A stretch of DNA of 64,000 nucleotides from Malacoraja senta (Eukaryota): positions 186,001-250,000 of the forward strand of contig JAXLNO010000087.1 of assembly GCA_038087875.1 (NCBI GenBank), written 5' to 3'. Both the position numbers and the translations under genes were made by a program. Shown here one piece after another: positions 39,201 to 51,200 of the stretch (position 1 is its first letter; each line of letters begins with the position of its first letter). Below the pieces are notes generated by a model. The model was not told the DNA's origin and ran no database searches. It saw only the letters and a program-made list of their open reading frames with translations.

Positions 39201-42200
39201 CCCCATCGCCAGCCGCTAAACCCCCGCCAGCCGCTAAACCCCAACGCCAGCCGCTAAACACCAACGGCAGCCATTAAACACCAACGCCAGCCACTAAACC
39301 CCAAAGCCAGCCGCTATACCCCAAAGCAGTTGCTAAACCCCAAGCCCATCTGCTACACCCCAACACCATCCGCTGCACCCCAACGCAAACCGCTGCACCC
39401 CAACGCCATCCCCAAAAACCCAACGGCAGCCGCTCAGCGCCAACGCCAGCCGCTGCACCCCAATGCCAGCCTCAAAAAACCAACGCCAGCTGCTGCACCA
39501 CAACGCCAGCCGCTGCACCCCAATGCCAGGCAGTCTCGAAACCCCAATGGCAGCCGCTCAACCCCAACGGCAGCCGCTCAACCACCACCAGCCGTTCAAC
39601 CCCAACCGCTCAACCCCAACGGCAGCCGCTCAACCCCAACCGGCAGCCGCTCAACCCCAACGGCAGCCTCGAAACCCAAACGGCAGCCTCGAAACCCCAA
39701 CGGCAGCCTCGAAACCCCAACGGCAGCCTCGAAACCCCAACGGCAGCCTCGAAACCCCAACGCCAGCCTCTGAACCCTAACGCCAACGCCAGCCTCGGAA
39801 CCCCAACGCCAGCCTCGGAACCCCAACGGCCGCCTCTGAACCCCAACACCAGCCTCTGAACCCCGCCAGCCTCAGAACCCCAACGCAGCCGCGAAGCCCC
39901 AACGCCAGCCGCTAACCCCTAAAGCCAGCCGCTAACCCTCAACGCCAGCCGCTCAACCCCAATGCCAGCCGCTCAACCCCAACGCCTGCAGGTAAACCCC
40001 AACGGCAGCCGCTAAACCCCAACGGCAGCCTCGAAACCCCAACGGCAGACTCGAGACCCCAACGGCAGCCTCGAAACCCCAACGGCAGCCTCGAAACCCC
40101 AACGGCAGCCTCGAAACCCCAACGGCAGCCTCGAAACGCCAACGCCAGCCTCGAAACCCCAACTCAGCCTCAAAACCCCAACGCCAGCTTCGAAACCACA
40201 ACACCAGCCACGGAACCCCAACGCCAGCCACGGAACCCCAACGCCAGCCTCGGAACCCCACTGCCAGCCATGGAACCCCAAAGCCAGCCTCTGAACCCCA
40301 ATGCCAGCCTCTGAACCCCAACGCCAGCCGCAAAAATGGCAACGCCAGCCGCGAAACACCAGCCGCGAAACCCCAACACCAGCCGCTAAGCCCCAACGCC
40401 AGCCGCTAATACCCAATGCCAGCCGCTAATCCCCAACGCCAGCCGCTAACCCCAAACGCCAGCCGCTCAACCCGAACGCCTGCAGCTAAACCGCAACGGC
40501 AGTCGCTAAACCCCAACGTCACTAGAAACCTCAACGCCAGCCTCGAAACCCCAACGGCAGCCTCGAAACCCCAACGCCAGCCTCGAAACCCCAACGCCAG
40601 CCACGAAACACCAAAGCCAGCCTCGATACCCCAACGCCAGCCGCGAAAACCCCAACACCACCCGCTACCCCCAACGCCAGCCGCTAATCCCCAACGCCAG
40701 CCGCTCAACCCCCAACGCCAGCCGCTCAACCCGAACGCCTGCAGGTAAACCCCAACGGCAGCCTCGAAACCCCAACGGCAGCCTCGAAACCCCAGCGGCA
40801 GCCTCGAAACCCCGCCAGCCTCTGAACCCTAACGCCAACGCCAGCCTCGGAACCCCAACGCCAGCCTCGGAAACCCAACGCCAGCCTCTGAACCCCAACG
40901 CCAGCCTCTGAACCCCAACGCAGCCGCGAAGCCCCAACGCCAGCCGCTAACCCCTAAAGCCAGGCGCTAACCCTCAACGCCAGCCGCTCAACCCCAATGC
41001 CAGCCGCTCAACCCCAACGCCTGCAGGTAAACCCCAACGGCAGCCGCTAAACTCCAACGGCAGCCTCGAAACCCCAACGGCAGACTCAAAACCCCAACGG
41101 CAGCCTCGATACCCCAACGGCAGCCTCGAAACCCCAACGGCAGCCTCGAAACCCCAACGGCAGCCTCGAAACGCCGCCAGCCTCGAAACCCCAACTCAGC
41201 CTAGAAACCCCAACGCCAGCTTCGAAACCATAACGCCAGCCACGGAACCCCAACGCCAGCCACGGAACCCCAACGCCAGCCTCGGAACCCCACCGCCAGC
41301 CGCTGAACCCCAAAGCCAGCCTCTGAACCCCAACGCCAGCCTCTGAACCCCAACGCCAGCCGCAAAAACGCCAACGCCAGCCGCGAAACCCCAACACCAG
41401 CCGCTAAGCCCCAACGCCAGCCGCTAATACCCAACGCCAGCCGCTAATCCCCAACGCCAGCCGCTAACCCCAAACGCCAGCAGCTCAACCCCAACGCCAG
41501 CCGCTCAACCCGAACGCCTGCAGGTAAACCCCAACGGCAGCTGCTAAACCCGAACGCCTGCAGGTAAACCCCAACGGCAGCTGCTAAACCCCAACGGCAG
41601 CATCGAAACCCCAACGGCAGCCTCGAAACCCCAACGGCAGGCCCGAAACGCCAACGCCAGCCGCGAAGCCCCAACGCCTGCAGGTACACCCCAACGCCTG
41701 CAGCTAAACCCCAACGGCAGCCAAGAAACCCCAACGCCAGCCTCGCAACCCCAATGCCAGCCTCGGAATCCCCAACGCCAGCCGCTCAACCCCAACGCCA
41801 GCCTCTGAACCCCAACGCCAGCCTCTGAACACCAACGCCAGCCTCTAACCCCAACGCCAGCCTCTGAACCCCAACGCCAGCCGCGAAACCCCAACGTCAG
41901 CCGCGAAGCCCCAACGCCAGCCCCTAACCCCTAAATCCAGCCGCTAACCTCCAACGCCAGCCTCGGAACCCCAACGCCAGCCTCTGAACCCCAACGCCAG
42001 CCTCTGAATCCCAACGCCAGCCTCTGAACCCCAACGCCAGCCTCGAAACCCCAACTCCAGCCTCGAAACCCCAACGGCAGCCGCTCAACCCCAACGTCAG
42101 CCGCTCAACCACATCTCCAGCCACTCAACCCCAACACCAGCCGCTCAACCCCAACGGCAGCCGCTAAACCCCAACGGCCGCCGCAAAACCCCAACGTCAG

Positions 42201-45200
42201 CCTCGAAACCCCAACACCAGCCGCTCAACCCCAAACGGCAGCCGCTCAACCCCAACACCAGCCGCAAAACCCCAACGTCAGCCTCGAAACCCCAACGGCC
42301 GCCGCGAAACCCCAACGGCAGCCTCGAAACCCCAACGGCAGCCTCGAAACCCCATCGCCAGCCGCTAAACCCCCGCCAGCCGCTAAACCCCAACGCCAGC
42401 CGCTAAACACCAACGGCAGCCATTAAACACCAACGCCAGCCACTAAACCCCAAAGCCAGCCGCTATACCCCAAAGCAGTTGCTAAACCCCAAGCCCATCT
42501 GCTACACCCCAACACCATCCGCTGCACCCCAACGCAAACCGCTGCACCCCAACACCATCCCCAAAAACCCAACGGCAGCCGCTCAGCGCCAACGCCAGCC
42601 GCTGCACCCCAATGCCAGCCTCAAAAAAACAACGCCAGCTGCTGCACCACAACGCCAGCCGCTGCACCCCAATGCCAGGCAGCCTCGAAACCCCAATGGC
42701 AGCCGCTCAACCCCAACGGCAGCCGCTCAACCACCGCCAGCCGTTCAACCCCAACCGCTCAACCCCAACGGCAGCCGCTCAACCCCAACCGGCAGCCGCT
42801 CAACCCCAACGGCAGCCTCGAAACCCAAACGGCAGCCTCGAAACCCCAACGGCAGCCTCGAAACCCCAACGCCAGCCTCTGAACCCTAACGCCAACGCCA
42901 GCCTCGGAACCCCAACGCCAGCCTCGGAACCCCAACGGCCGCCTCTGAACCCCAACACCAGCCTCTGAACCCCGCCAGCCTCTGAACCCCAACGCAGCCG
43001 CGAAGCCCCAACGCCAGCCGCTAACCCCTAAAGCCAGCCGCTAACCCTCAACGCCAGCCGCTCAACCCCAATGCCAGCCGCTCAACTCCAACGCCTGCAG
43101 GTAAACCCCAACGGCAGCCGCTAAACCCCAACGGCAGCCTCGAAACCCCAACGGCAGCCTCGAAACCCCAACGGCAGCCTCGAAACCCCAACGGCAGCCT
43201 CGAAACCCCAACGGCAGCCTCGAAACCCCAACGGCAGCCTCGAAACGCCAACGCCAGCCTCGAAACCCCAACTCAGCCTCAAAACCCCAACGCCAGCTTC
43301 GAAACCACAACACCAGCCACGGAACCCCAACGCCAGCCACGGAACCCCAACGCCAGCCTCGGAACCCCACTGCCAGCCACGGAACCCCAAAGCCAGCCTC
43401 TGAACCCCAACGCCAGCCTCTGAACCCCAACGCCAGCCGCAAAAACGGCAACGCCAGCCGCGAAACACCAGCCGCGAAACCCCAACACCAGCCGCTAAGC
43501 CCCAACGCCAGCCGCTAATACCCAATGCCAGCCGCTAATCCCCAACGCCAGCCGCTAACCCCAAACGCCAGCAGCTCAACCCCAACGCCAGCCGCTCAAC
43601 CCGAATGCCTGCAGCTAAACCGCAATGGCAGTCGCTAAACCCCAACGTCACTAGAAACCCCAACGCCAGCCTCGAAACCCCAACGGCAGCCTCGAAACCC
43701 CAACACCAGCCTCGAAACCCCCAACGCCAGCCACGAAACACCAACGCCAGCCTCGATACCCCAACGCCAGCCGCGAAAACCCCAACACCACCCGCTACCC
43801 CCAATGCCAGCCGCTAATCCCCAACGCCAGCCGCTCAACCCCCAACGCCAGCCGCTCAACCCGAACGCCTGCAGGTAAACCCCAACGGCAGCTGGTAAAC
43901 CCCAACGGCAGCATCGAAACCCCAACGGCAGCCTCGAAACCCCAACGGCAGGCCCGAAACGCCAACGCCAGCCGCGAAGCCCCAACGCCTGCAGCTAAAC
44001 CCCAACGGCAGCCAAGAAACCCCAACGCCAGCCTCGGAACCCCAACGCCAGCCTCGGAACCCCCAACGCCGGCCGCTCAACCCCAACGCCAGCCTCTGAA
44101 CACAAATGCCAGCCTCTAACCCCAACGCCAGCCTCTGAACCCCAACGCCAGCCTCTGAACCCCAACGCCAGCCGCGAAACCCCAACGTCAGCCGCGAAGC
44201 CCCAACGCCAGCCCCTAACCCCTAAATCCAGCCGCTAACCCCCAACGCCAGCCTCGGAACCCCAACGCCAGCCTCTGAACCCCAACGCCAGCCTCTGAAC
44301 CCCAAACGCCAGCCTCTGAACCCCAACGCCAGCCTCTGAATCCCAACGCCAGCCTCTGAATCCCAACGCCAGCCTCTGAACCCCAACGCCAGCCTCTGAA
44401 CCCCAACGCCAGCCTCTGAACCCCAACGCCAGCCTCGCAACCCCAACTCCAGCCTCGAAACCCCAACGGCATCCGCTCAACGCCAACGTCAGCCGCTCAA
44501 CCACATCTCCAGCCGCTCAACCCCAACGGCAGCCGATAAACCCCAACGGCCACCGCAAAACCCCAACGTCAGCCTCGAAACCCCAACACCAGCCGCTCAA
44601 CCCCAAACGGCAGCCGCTCAACCCCAACACCAGCCGCAAAACCCCAACGTCAGCCTCGAAACCGCAACGGCCACCGCGAAACACCAACGGCAGCCTCGAA
44701 ACCCCAACGGCAGCCTCGAAACCCCATCGCCAGCCGCTAAACCCCCGCCAGCCGCTAAACCCCAACGCCAGCCGCTAAACACCAACGGCAGCCATTAAAC
44801 GCCAACGCCAGCCTCGAAGCCCCAACGCCAGCCGCTAACCCCCAATGCCAGCCGCTAACCCCCAGCGCCAGCCGCTCAACCCCCAGCGCCAGCCGCTCAA
44901 CCCTCAACGCCAGCCGGTAAACCCGAACGCCTGCAGGTAAACCCCAACACCTGCAGGTAAACCCCAACACCAGCCTCAAAACTCAAACTGCAGCCTCGAA
45001 ACCACAACGGCATCCTCGGTACTCCATCGCCAGCCTCTGAACCCCCAACGCCAGCCTCTGAACCCCCAACACCAGCCTCTGAACCCCAACGCCAGCCGCG
45101 AAGCACCAACGTCAGCCGCGAAGCCCGAACGCCAGCAGCTACCTCTAAATACAGCTGCTAACCCCCAACGCCAGCCTCTGAACCCCAACGCCAGCCGCGA

Positions 45201-48200
45201 AGCGCCAACGTCAGCCGCGAAGCCCCAACGCCAGCAGCTACCTCTAAATACAGCTGCTAACCCCCAACGCCAGCCGCTCTACCCCAACGCCAGCCGCTCA
45301 ACCCCAACGCCAGCCGCACAACCCCAACGCCTGCAGGTAAACCCGAACGGCAGCCGCTAACGACCAAGGACAGCCGCTAACCCCCAACGACAGCCGCTAA
45401 CCCCCAAGGACAGCCGCTAACCCACAACAGCAGCCTCGAAATCCCAACGGCAGCCACTAACCCCCAACGCCAGCCGCTCAACCCCCAACGCCAGCCGCTC
45501 AACCCCCAATGCCAGCCGCTAACCCCCAACGCCAGCCGCTAACCCCCAACGCCAGCCGCTGAACCCCAACGCCAGCCGGTGAACCCCAACGCCAGCCTTG
45601 GGACTCCAACACCAGCCTCTGAACCCCAACGCCAGCCTCTGAATCCCAACGCCAGCCTTTGAACCCCAACGCCAGCCTCTGAACTCCAACGCCCGCCGCT
45701 GAACCCCAACGGCAGCCGCTGAACCCCAACGGCAGCCACTAAACGGCAACGCCAGCCTCGAAGCCCCAACGCCAGCCGCTAACCCCCAATGCCAGCCGCT
45801 AACCCCCAGCACCACAACGGCATCCTCGGTACTCCAACGGCAGCCTCGAAATCCCAACGCCAGCCTCGGAACCCCAACGCTAGCCTCTGAACTCCAACGC
45901 CAGCCTCTGAACGCCAGCCTCTGAACGCCAGCCTCTGAACCCCAACCTCTGAACCCCAACGCCACTCTACCCCAACGCCAGCCACTAAACCCCAACGCCA
46001 GCCTCAAAACCCCAACTCCAGCCTCGAAACCCCAACGGCCAGCCTCGAAACCCCAATGGCAGCCTCGAATCCCCAACGCCAGCCTCCATACCCCAACCTC
46101 GATACACCCTCAGCCTCGAAACCCTGCAAGCTTCGAAACCCCAACGGCAGGCCCAAAACGCCAACGCCAGCCGCGAAGCCCCAACGCCTGCAGGTAAACC
46201 CCAACGCCTGCAGCTAAACCCCAACGGCAGCCAAGAAACCCCAACGGCAGCCAAGAAACCCCAACGCCAGCCTCGGAACCCCAACGCCACCCTCTGAACC
46301 CCAACGCCAGCCGCGAAGCGCCAACGTCAGCCGCGAAGCCCCAACGCCAGCAGCTAACTCTAAATACAGCTGCTAACCCCCAACGCCAGCCGCTCAACCC
46401 CAACGCCAGCCGCACAACCCCAACGCCTGCAGGTAAACCCGAACGGCAGCCGCTAACCCCAACGGCAGCCGCTAAACACCAACGGCAGCCTCGAAACCCC
46501 AACGGCAGCCTCGAAACCCCAACGGCAGCCTCGAAACCCCAACGCCAGCCTCGGAACCCCAACGCCAGCCTCGGAACCCCAACGCCAGCCTCTGAACCCC
46601 AACGCCAGCCTCTGAACCCCATCGCCAGCCTCTGAACCCCCACGCCAGCCTCTGAACCCCAACGCCAGCCGCGGAACCCCAACGCCAGCCACAAGACCCC
46701 AACGACAGCCGCTAACCCCCAACGACAGCCGCTAACCCCCAACGACAGCCGCTAACCACCAAGGACAGCCGCTAACCCCCAACAGCAGCCTCGAAATCCC
46801 AACGGCAGCCGCTAACCCCCAACGCCAGCCGCTCAACCCCCAATGCCAGCCGCTAACCCCCAACGCCAGCCGCTAACCCCCAACGCCAGCCGCTCAACCC
46901 CGCCAGCCGCTCAACCCCAACGCCAGCCTTGGGACTCCAGCCTCTGAACCCCAACGCCAGCCTGAACCCCAACGCCAGCCTCTGAACTCCAACGCCAGCC
47001 GCTGAACCCCAACGGCAGCCGCTGAACCCCAACGGCAGCCACTAAATGCCAACGCCAGCCTCGAAGCCCCAACGCCAGCCGCTAACCCCCAATGCCAGCC
47101 GCTAACCCCCAGCGCCAGCCGCTCAACCCCCAACGCCAGCCATTCAACCCCAACACCTGCAGCTAAACCCCAACGGCAGCCGCGAAACCCCAACGGCAGC
47201 CTCAAAACTCAAACGGCAGCCTCGAAACCACAACGGCATCCTCGGGACTCCAACGGCAGCCTCGAAATCCCAACGCCAGCCTCGGAACCCCAACGCCAGC
47301 CTCTGAACTCCAACGCCAGCCTCTGAACGCCAGCCTCTGAACGCCAGCCTCTGAACCCCAACACCAGTCTCTACCCCAACGCCAGCCACTAAACCCCAAC
47401 GCCCAGCCTCGAAATCCCAACTCCAACCTCGAAACCCCAACGGCCAGCCTCGAAACCCCAACGGCAGCCTCGAATCCCAACGCCAGCCTCAAAACCCCAA
47501 CGCCAGCCTCCATACCCCAACGCCAGCCTCCATACCCCAACCTCGATACACCCGCCAGCTTCGAAACCCCAACGGCAGGCCCAAAACGCCAACGCCAGCC
47601 GCGAAGCCCCAACGCGTGCAGGTAAACCCCAACGCCTGCAGCTAAACCCCAACGTCAGCCAAGAAACCCGAATGGCAGCCAAGAAACCCCAACCCAGCCT
47701 CGTAACCCCAGCGCCAGCCTCGGAACCCCAATGCCAGCCTCGGAACCCCAACGCCAGCCTCTGAACCCCAACGCCAGCCGCGAAGCGCCAACGTCAGCCG
47801 CGAAGCCCCAACGCCAGCAGCTACCTCTAAATACAGCTGCTAACCCTCAACGCCAGCCGCTCAACCCCAACGCCAGCCGCACAACCCCAACGCCTGCAGG
47901 TAAACCCGAACGGCAGCCGCTAAACCCCAACGGCAGCCTCGAAACCCCAACGGCAGCCTCGAAACCCCAACGGCAGCCTCGAAATCCCAACGGCAGCCAC
48001 TAACCCCCAACGCCAGCCGCTCAACCCCCAAGGACAGCCGCTAACCCCCAATGCCAGCCGCTAACCCCCAACGCCAGCCGCTGAACCCCAACGCCAGCCG
48101 GTGAACCCCAACGCCAGCCTTGGGACTCCAACACCAGCCTCTGAACCCCAACGCCAGCCGCTGAACCCCAACGCCAGCCTTGGGACTCCAACACCAGCCT

Positions 48201-51200
48201 CTGAACCCCAACGCCAGCCTCTGAATCCCAACGCCAGCCTCTGAACCCCAACGCCAGCCTCTGAACCCCAACGCCAGCCTCTGAACCCCAACGGCAGCCG
48301 CTGAACCCCAACGGCAGCCACTAAACGCCAACGCCAGCCTCGAAGCCCCAACGCCAGCCGCTAACCCCCAATGCCAGCCGCTAACTCCCAGCACCAGCCG
48401 CTCAACCCCCAGCGCCAGCCGGTAAATCCGAACGCCTGCAGGTAAACCCCAACACCTGCAGGTAAACACCAACACCAGCCTCAAAACTCAAACTGCAGCC
48501 TCGAAACCACAATGGCATGCTCGGTACTCCAACGGCAGCCTCGAAATCCCAACGCCAGCCTCGGAACCCCAACGCTAGCCTCTGAACTCCAACGCCAGCC
48601 TCTGAACCCCAACGCCAGTCTCTACCCCAACGCCAGCCACTAAACCCCAACGCCAGCCTCGAAACCCCAACTCCAGCCTCGAAACCCCAACGGCCAGCCT
48701 CGAAACCCCAATGGCAGCCTCGAATCCCCAACGCCAGCCTCGAAACCCCAACGCCAGGCCTCCATACCCCAACGCCAGCCTCCATACCGCAACCTCGATA
48801 CACCCTCAGCCTCGAGACCCCGCCAGCTTCGAAACCCCAACGGCAGGCCCAAAACGCCAACGCCAGCCGCGAAGCCCCAACGCCTGCAGGTAAACCCCAA
48901 CGCCTGCAGCTAAACCCCAACGGCAGCCAAGAAACCCCAACACCAGCCTCGAAACCCCAACGCCAGCCTCCATACCCCAACGCCAGCATCCATACCCCAA
49001 CCTCGATACACCCGCCAGCTTCAAAACCCCAACGGCAGGCCCAAAACGCCAACGCCAGCCGCGAAGCCCCAACGCCTGCAGGTAAACCCCAACGCCTGCA
49101 GCTAAACCCCAACGTCAGCCAAGAAACCCCAATGGCAGCCAAGAAACCCCAACGCCAGCCTCGGAACCCAGCGCCAGCCTTGGAACCCCAACGCCAGCCT
49201 CGGAACCCCAATGCCAGCCTCGGAACCCCAACGCCAGCCTCTGAACCCCAACGCCAGCCGCGAAGCCCCAACGCCAGCAGCTACCTTTAAATACAGCTGC
49301 TAACCCCCAACGCAGCCGCTCAACCCCAACGCCAGCCGCTCAACCCCAACGCCAGCCGCACAACCCCAACGCCTGCAGATAAACCCGAACGGCAGCCGCT
49401 AATCCCCAACGGCAGCCTCGAAACCCCAACGGCAGCCTCGAAACCCCAACGGCAGCCTCGGAACCCCAACGCCAGCCTCTGAACCCCATCGCCAGCCTCT
49501 GAACCCCAACGGCAGCCGCGGAACCCCAACGCCAGCCACGAAACCCCAACGACAGCCGCTAACCCCCAACGACAGCCGCTAACCCCCAAGGACAGCCGCT
49601 AACCCCCAACGACAGCCACTAACCCCCAAGGACAGCCGCTGACCCCCAACAGCAGCGTCGAAATCCCAACGGCAGCCACTAACCCCCAACGCCAGCCGCT
49701 CAACCCCCAATGCCAGCCACTAACCCCCAACGCCAGCCGCTAACCCCCAACGCCAGCCGCTCAACCCCAACGCCAGCCGCTGAACCCCAACGCCAGCCGC
49801 TGAACCCCAACGCCAGCCTTGGGACTCCAACACCAGCCTCTGAACCCCAACGCCAGCCTCTGAACTCCGCCAGCCGCTGAACCCCAACGGCAGCCGCTGA
49901 ACCCCAACGGCAGCCACTAAACGCTAACGCCAGCCTCGAAGCCCCAACGCCAGCCGCTAACCCCCAATGCCAGCCGCTAACCCCCAGCGCCAGCCGCTCA
50001 ACCCCCAGCGCCAGCCGCTCAACCCCCAGCGCCAGCCGCCCAACCCCCAGCGCCAGCCGCTCAACCCCCAACGCCAGCCGGGTAAACCTGAACGCCTGCA
50101 GGTAAACCCCAACCCCGGCAGGTAAACCCCAACACCTGCAGGTAAACCCCAACACCAGCCTCAAAACTCAAACTGCAGCCTCGAAACCACAACGGCATCC
50201 TCAGTACTCCAACGGCAGCCTCGAAATCCCAACGCTAGCCTCTGAACTCCAACGCCAGCCTCTGAACGCCAGCCTCTGAACCCCAACGCCAGTCTCTACC
50301 CCAACGCCAGCCACTAAACCCCAACGCCAGCCTCGAAACCCCAACTCCAGCCTCGAAACCCCAACGGCCAGCCTCGAAACACCAATGGCAGCCTCGAATC
50401 CCCAACGCCAGCCTCGAAACCCCAACGCCAGCCTCCATACCCCAACCTCGATACACCCTCAGCCTCGAAACCCCGCCAGCTTCGAAACCCCAACGGCAGG
50501 CCCAAAACGCCAACGCCAGCCGCGAAGCCCCAACGCCTGCAGGTAAACCCCAACGCCTGCAGCTAAACCCCAACGGCAGCCAAGAAACCCCAACGCCAGC
50601 CTCCATACCGCAACGCCCAGCCTCCATACCCCAACCTCGATACACCCGCCAGCTTCGAAACCCCAACGGCAGGCCCAAAACGCCAACGCTAGCCGCGAAG
50701 CCCCAACGCCTGCAGGTAAACCCCAACGCCTGCAGCTAAACCCCAACGTCAGCCAAGAAACCCCAATGGCAGCCAAGAAACCCCAACGCCAGCCTCGGAA
50801 CCCCAGCGCCAGCCTCGGAACCCCAACGCCAGCCTCGGAACCCCAATGCCAGCCTCGGAACCCCAACGCCAGCCTCTGAACCCCAACGCCAGCCGCGAAG
50901 CGCCAACGTCAGCCGCGAAGCCTCAACGCCAGCAGCTACCTCTAAATACAGCTGCTAACCCCCAACGCCAGCCGCTCAACCCCAACGCCAGCCGCTCAAC
51001 CCCAACGCCAGACGCTCAACCCCAACGCCAGCCGCACAACCCCAACGCCTGCAGGTAAACCCGAACGGCAGCCGCTAAACCCCAATGGCAGCCTCGAAAC
51101 CCCAACGGCAGCCTCGAAGCCCCAACGCCAGCCGCTAACCCCCAATGCCAGCCGCTAACCCCCAGCGCCAGCCGCTCAACCCCCAGCGCCAGCCACTCAA

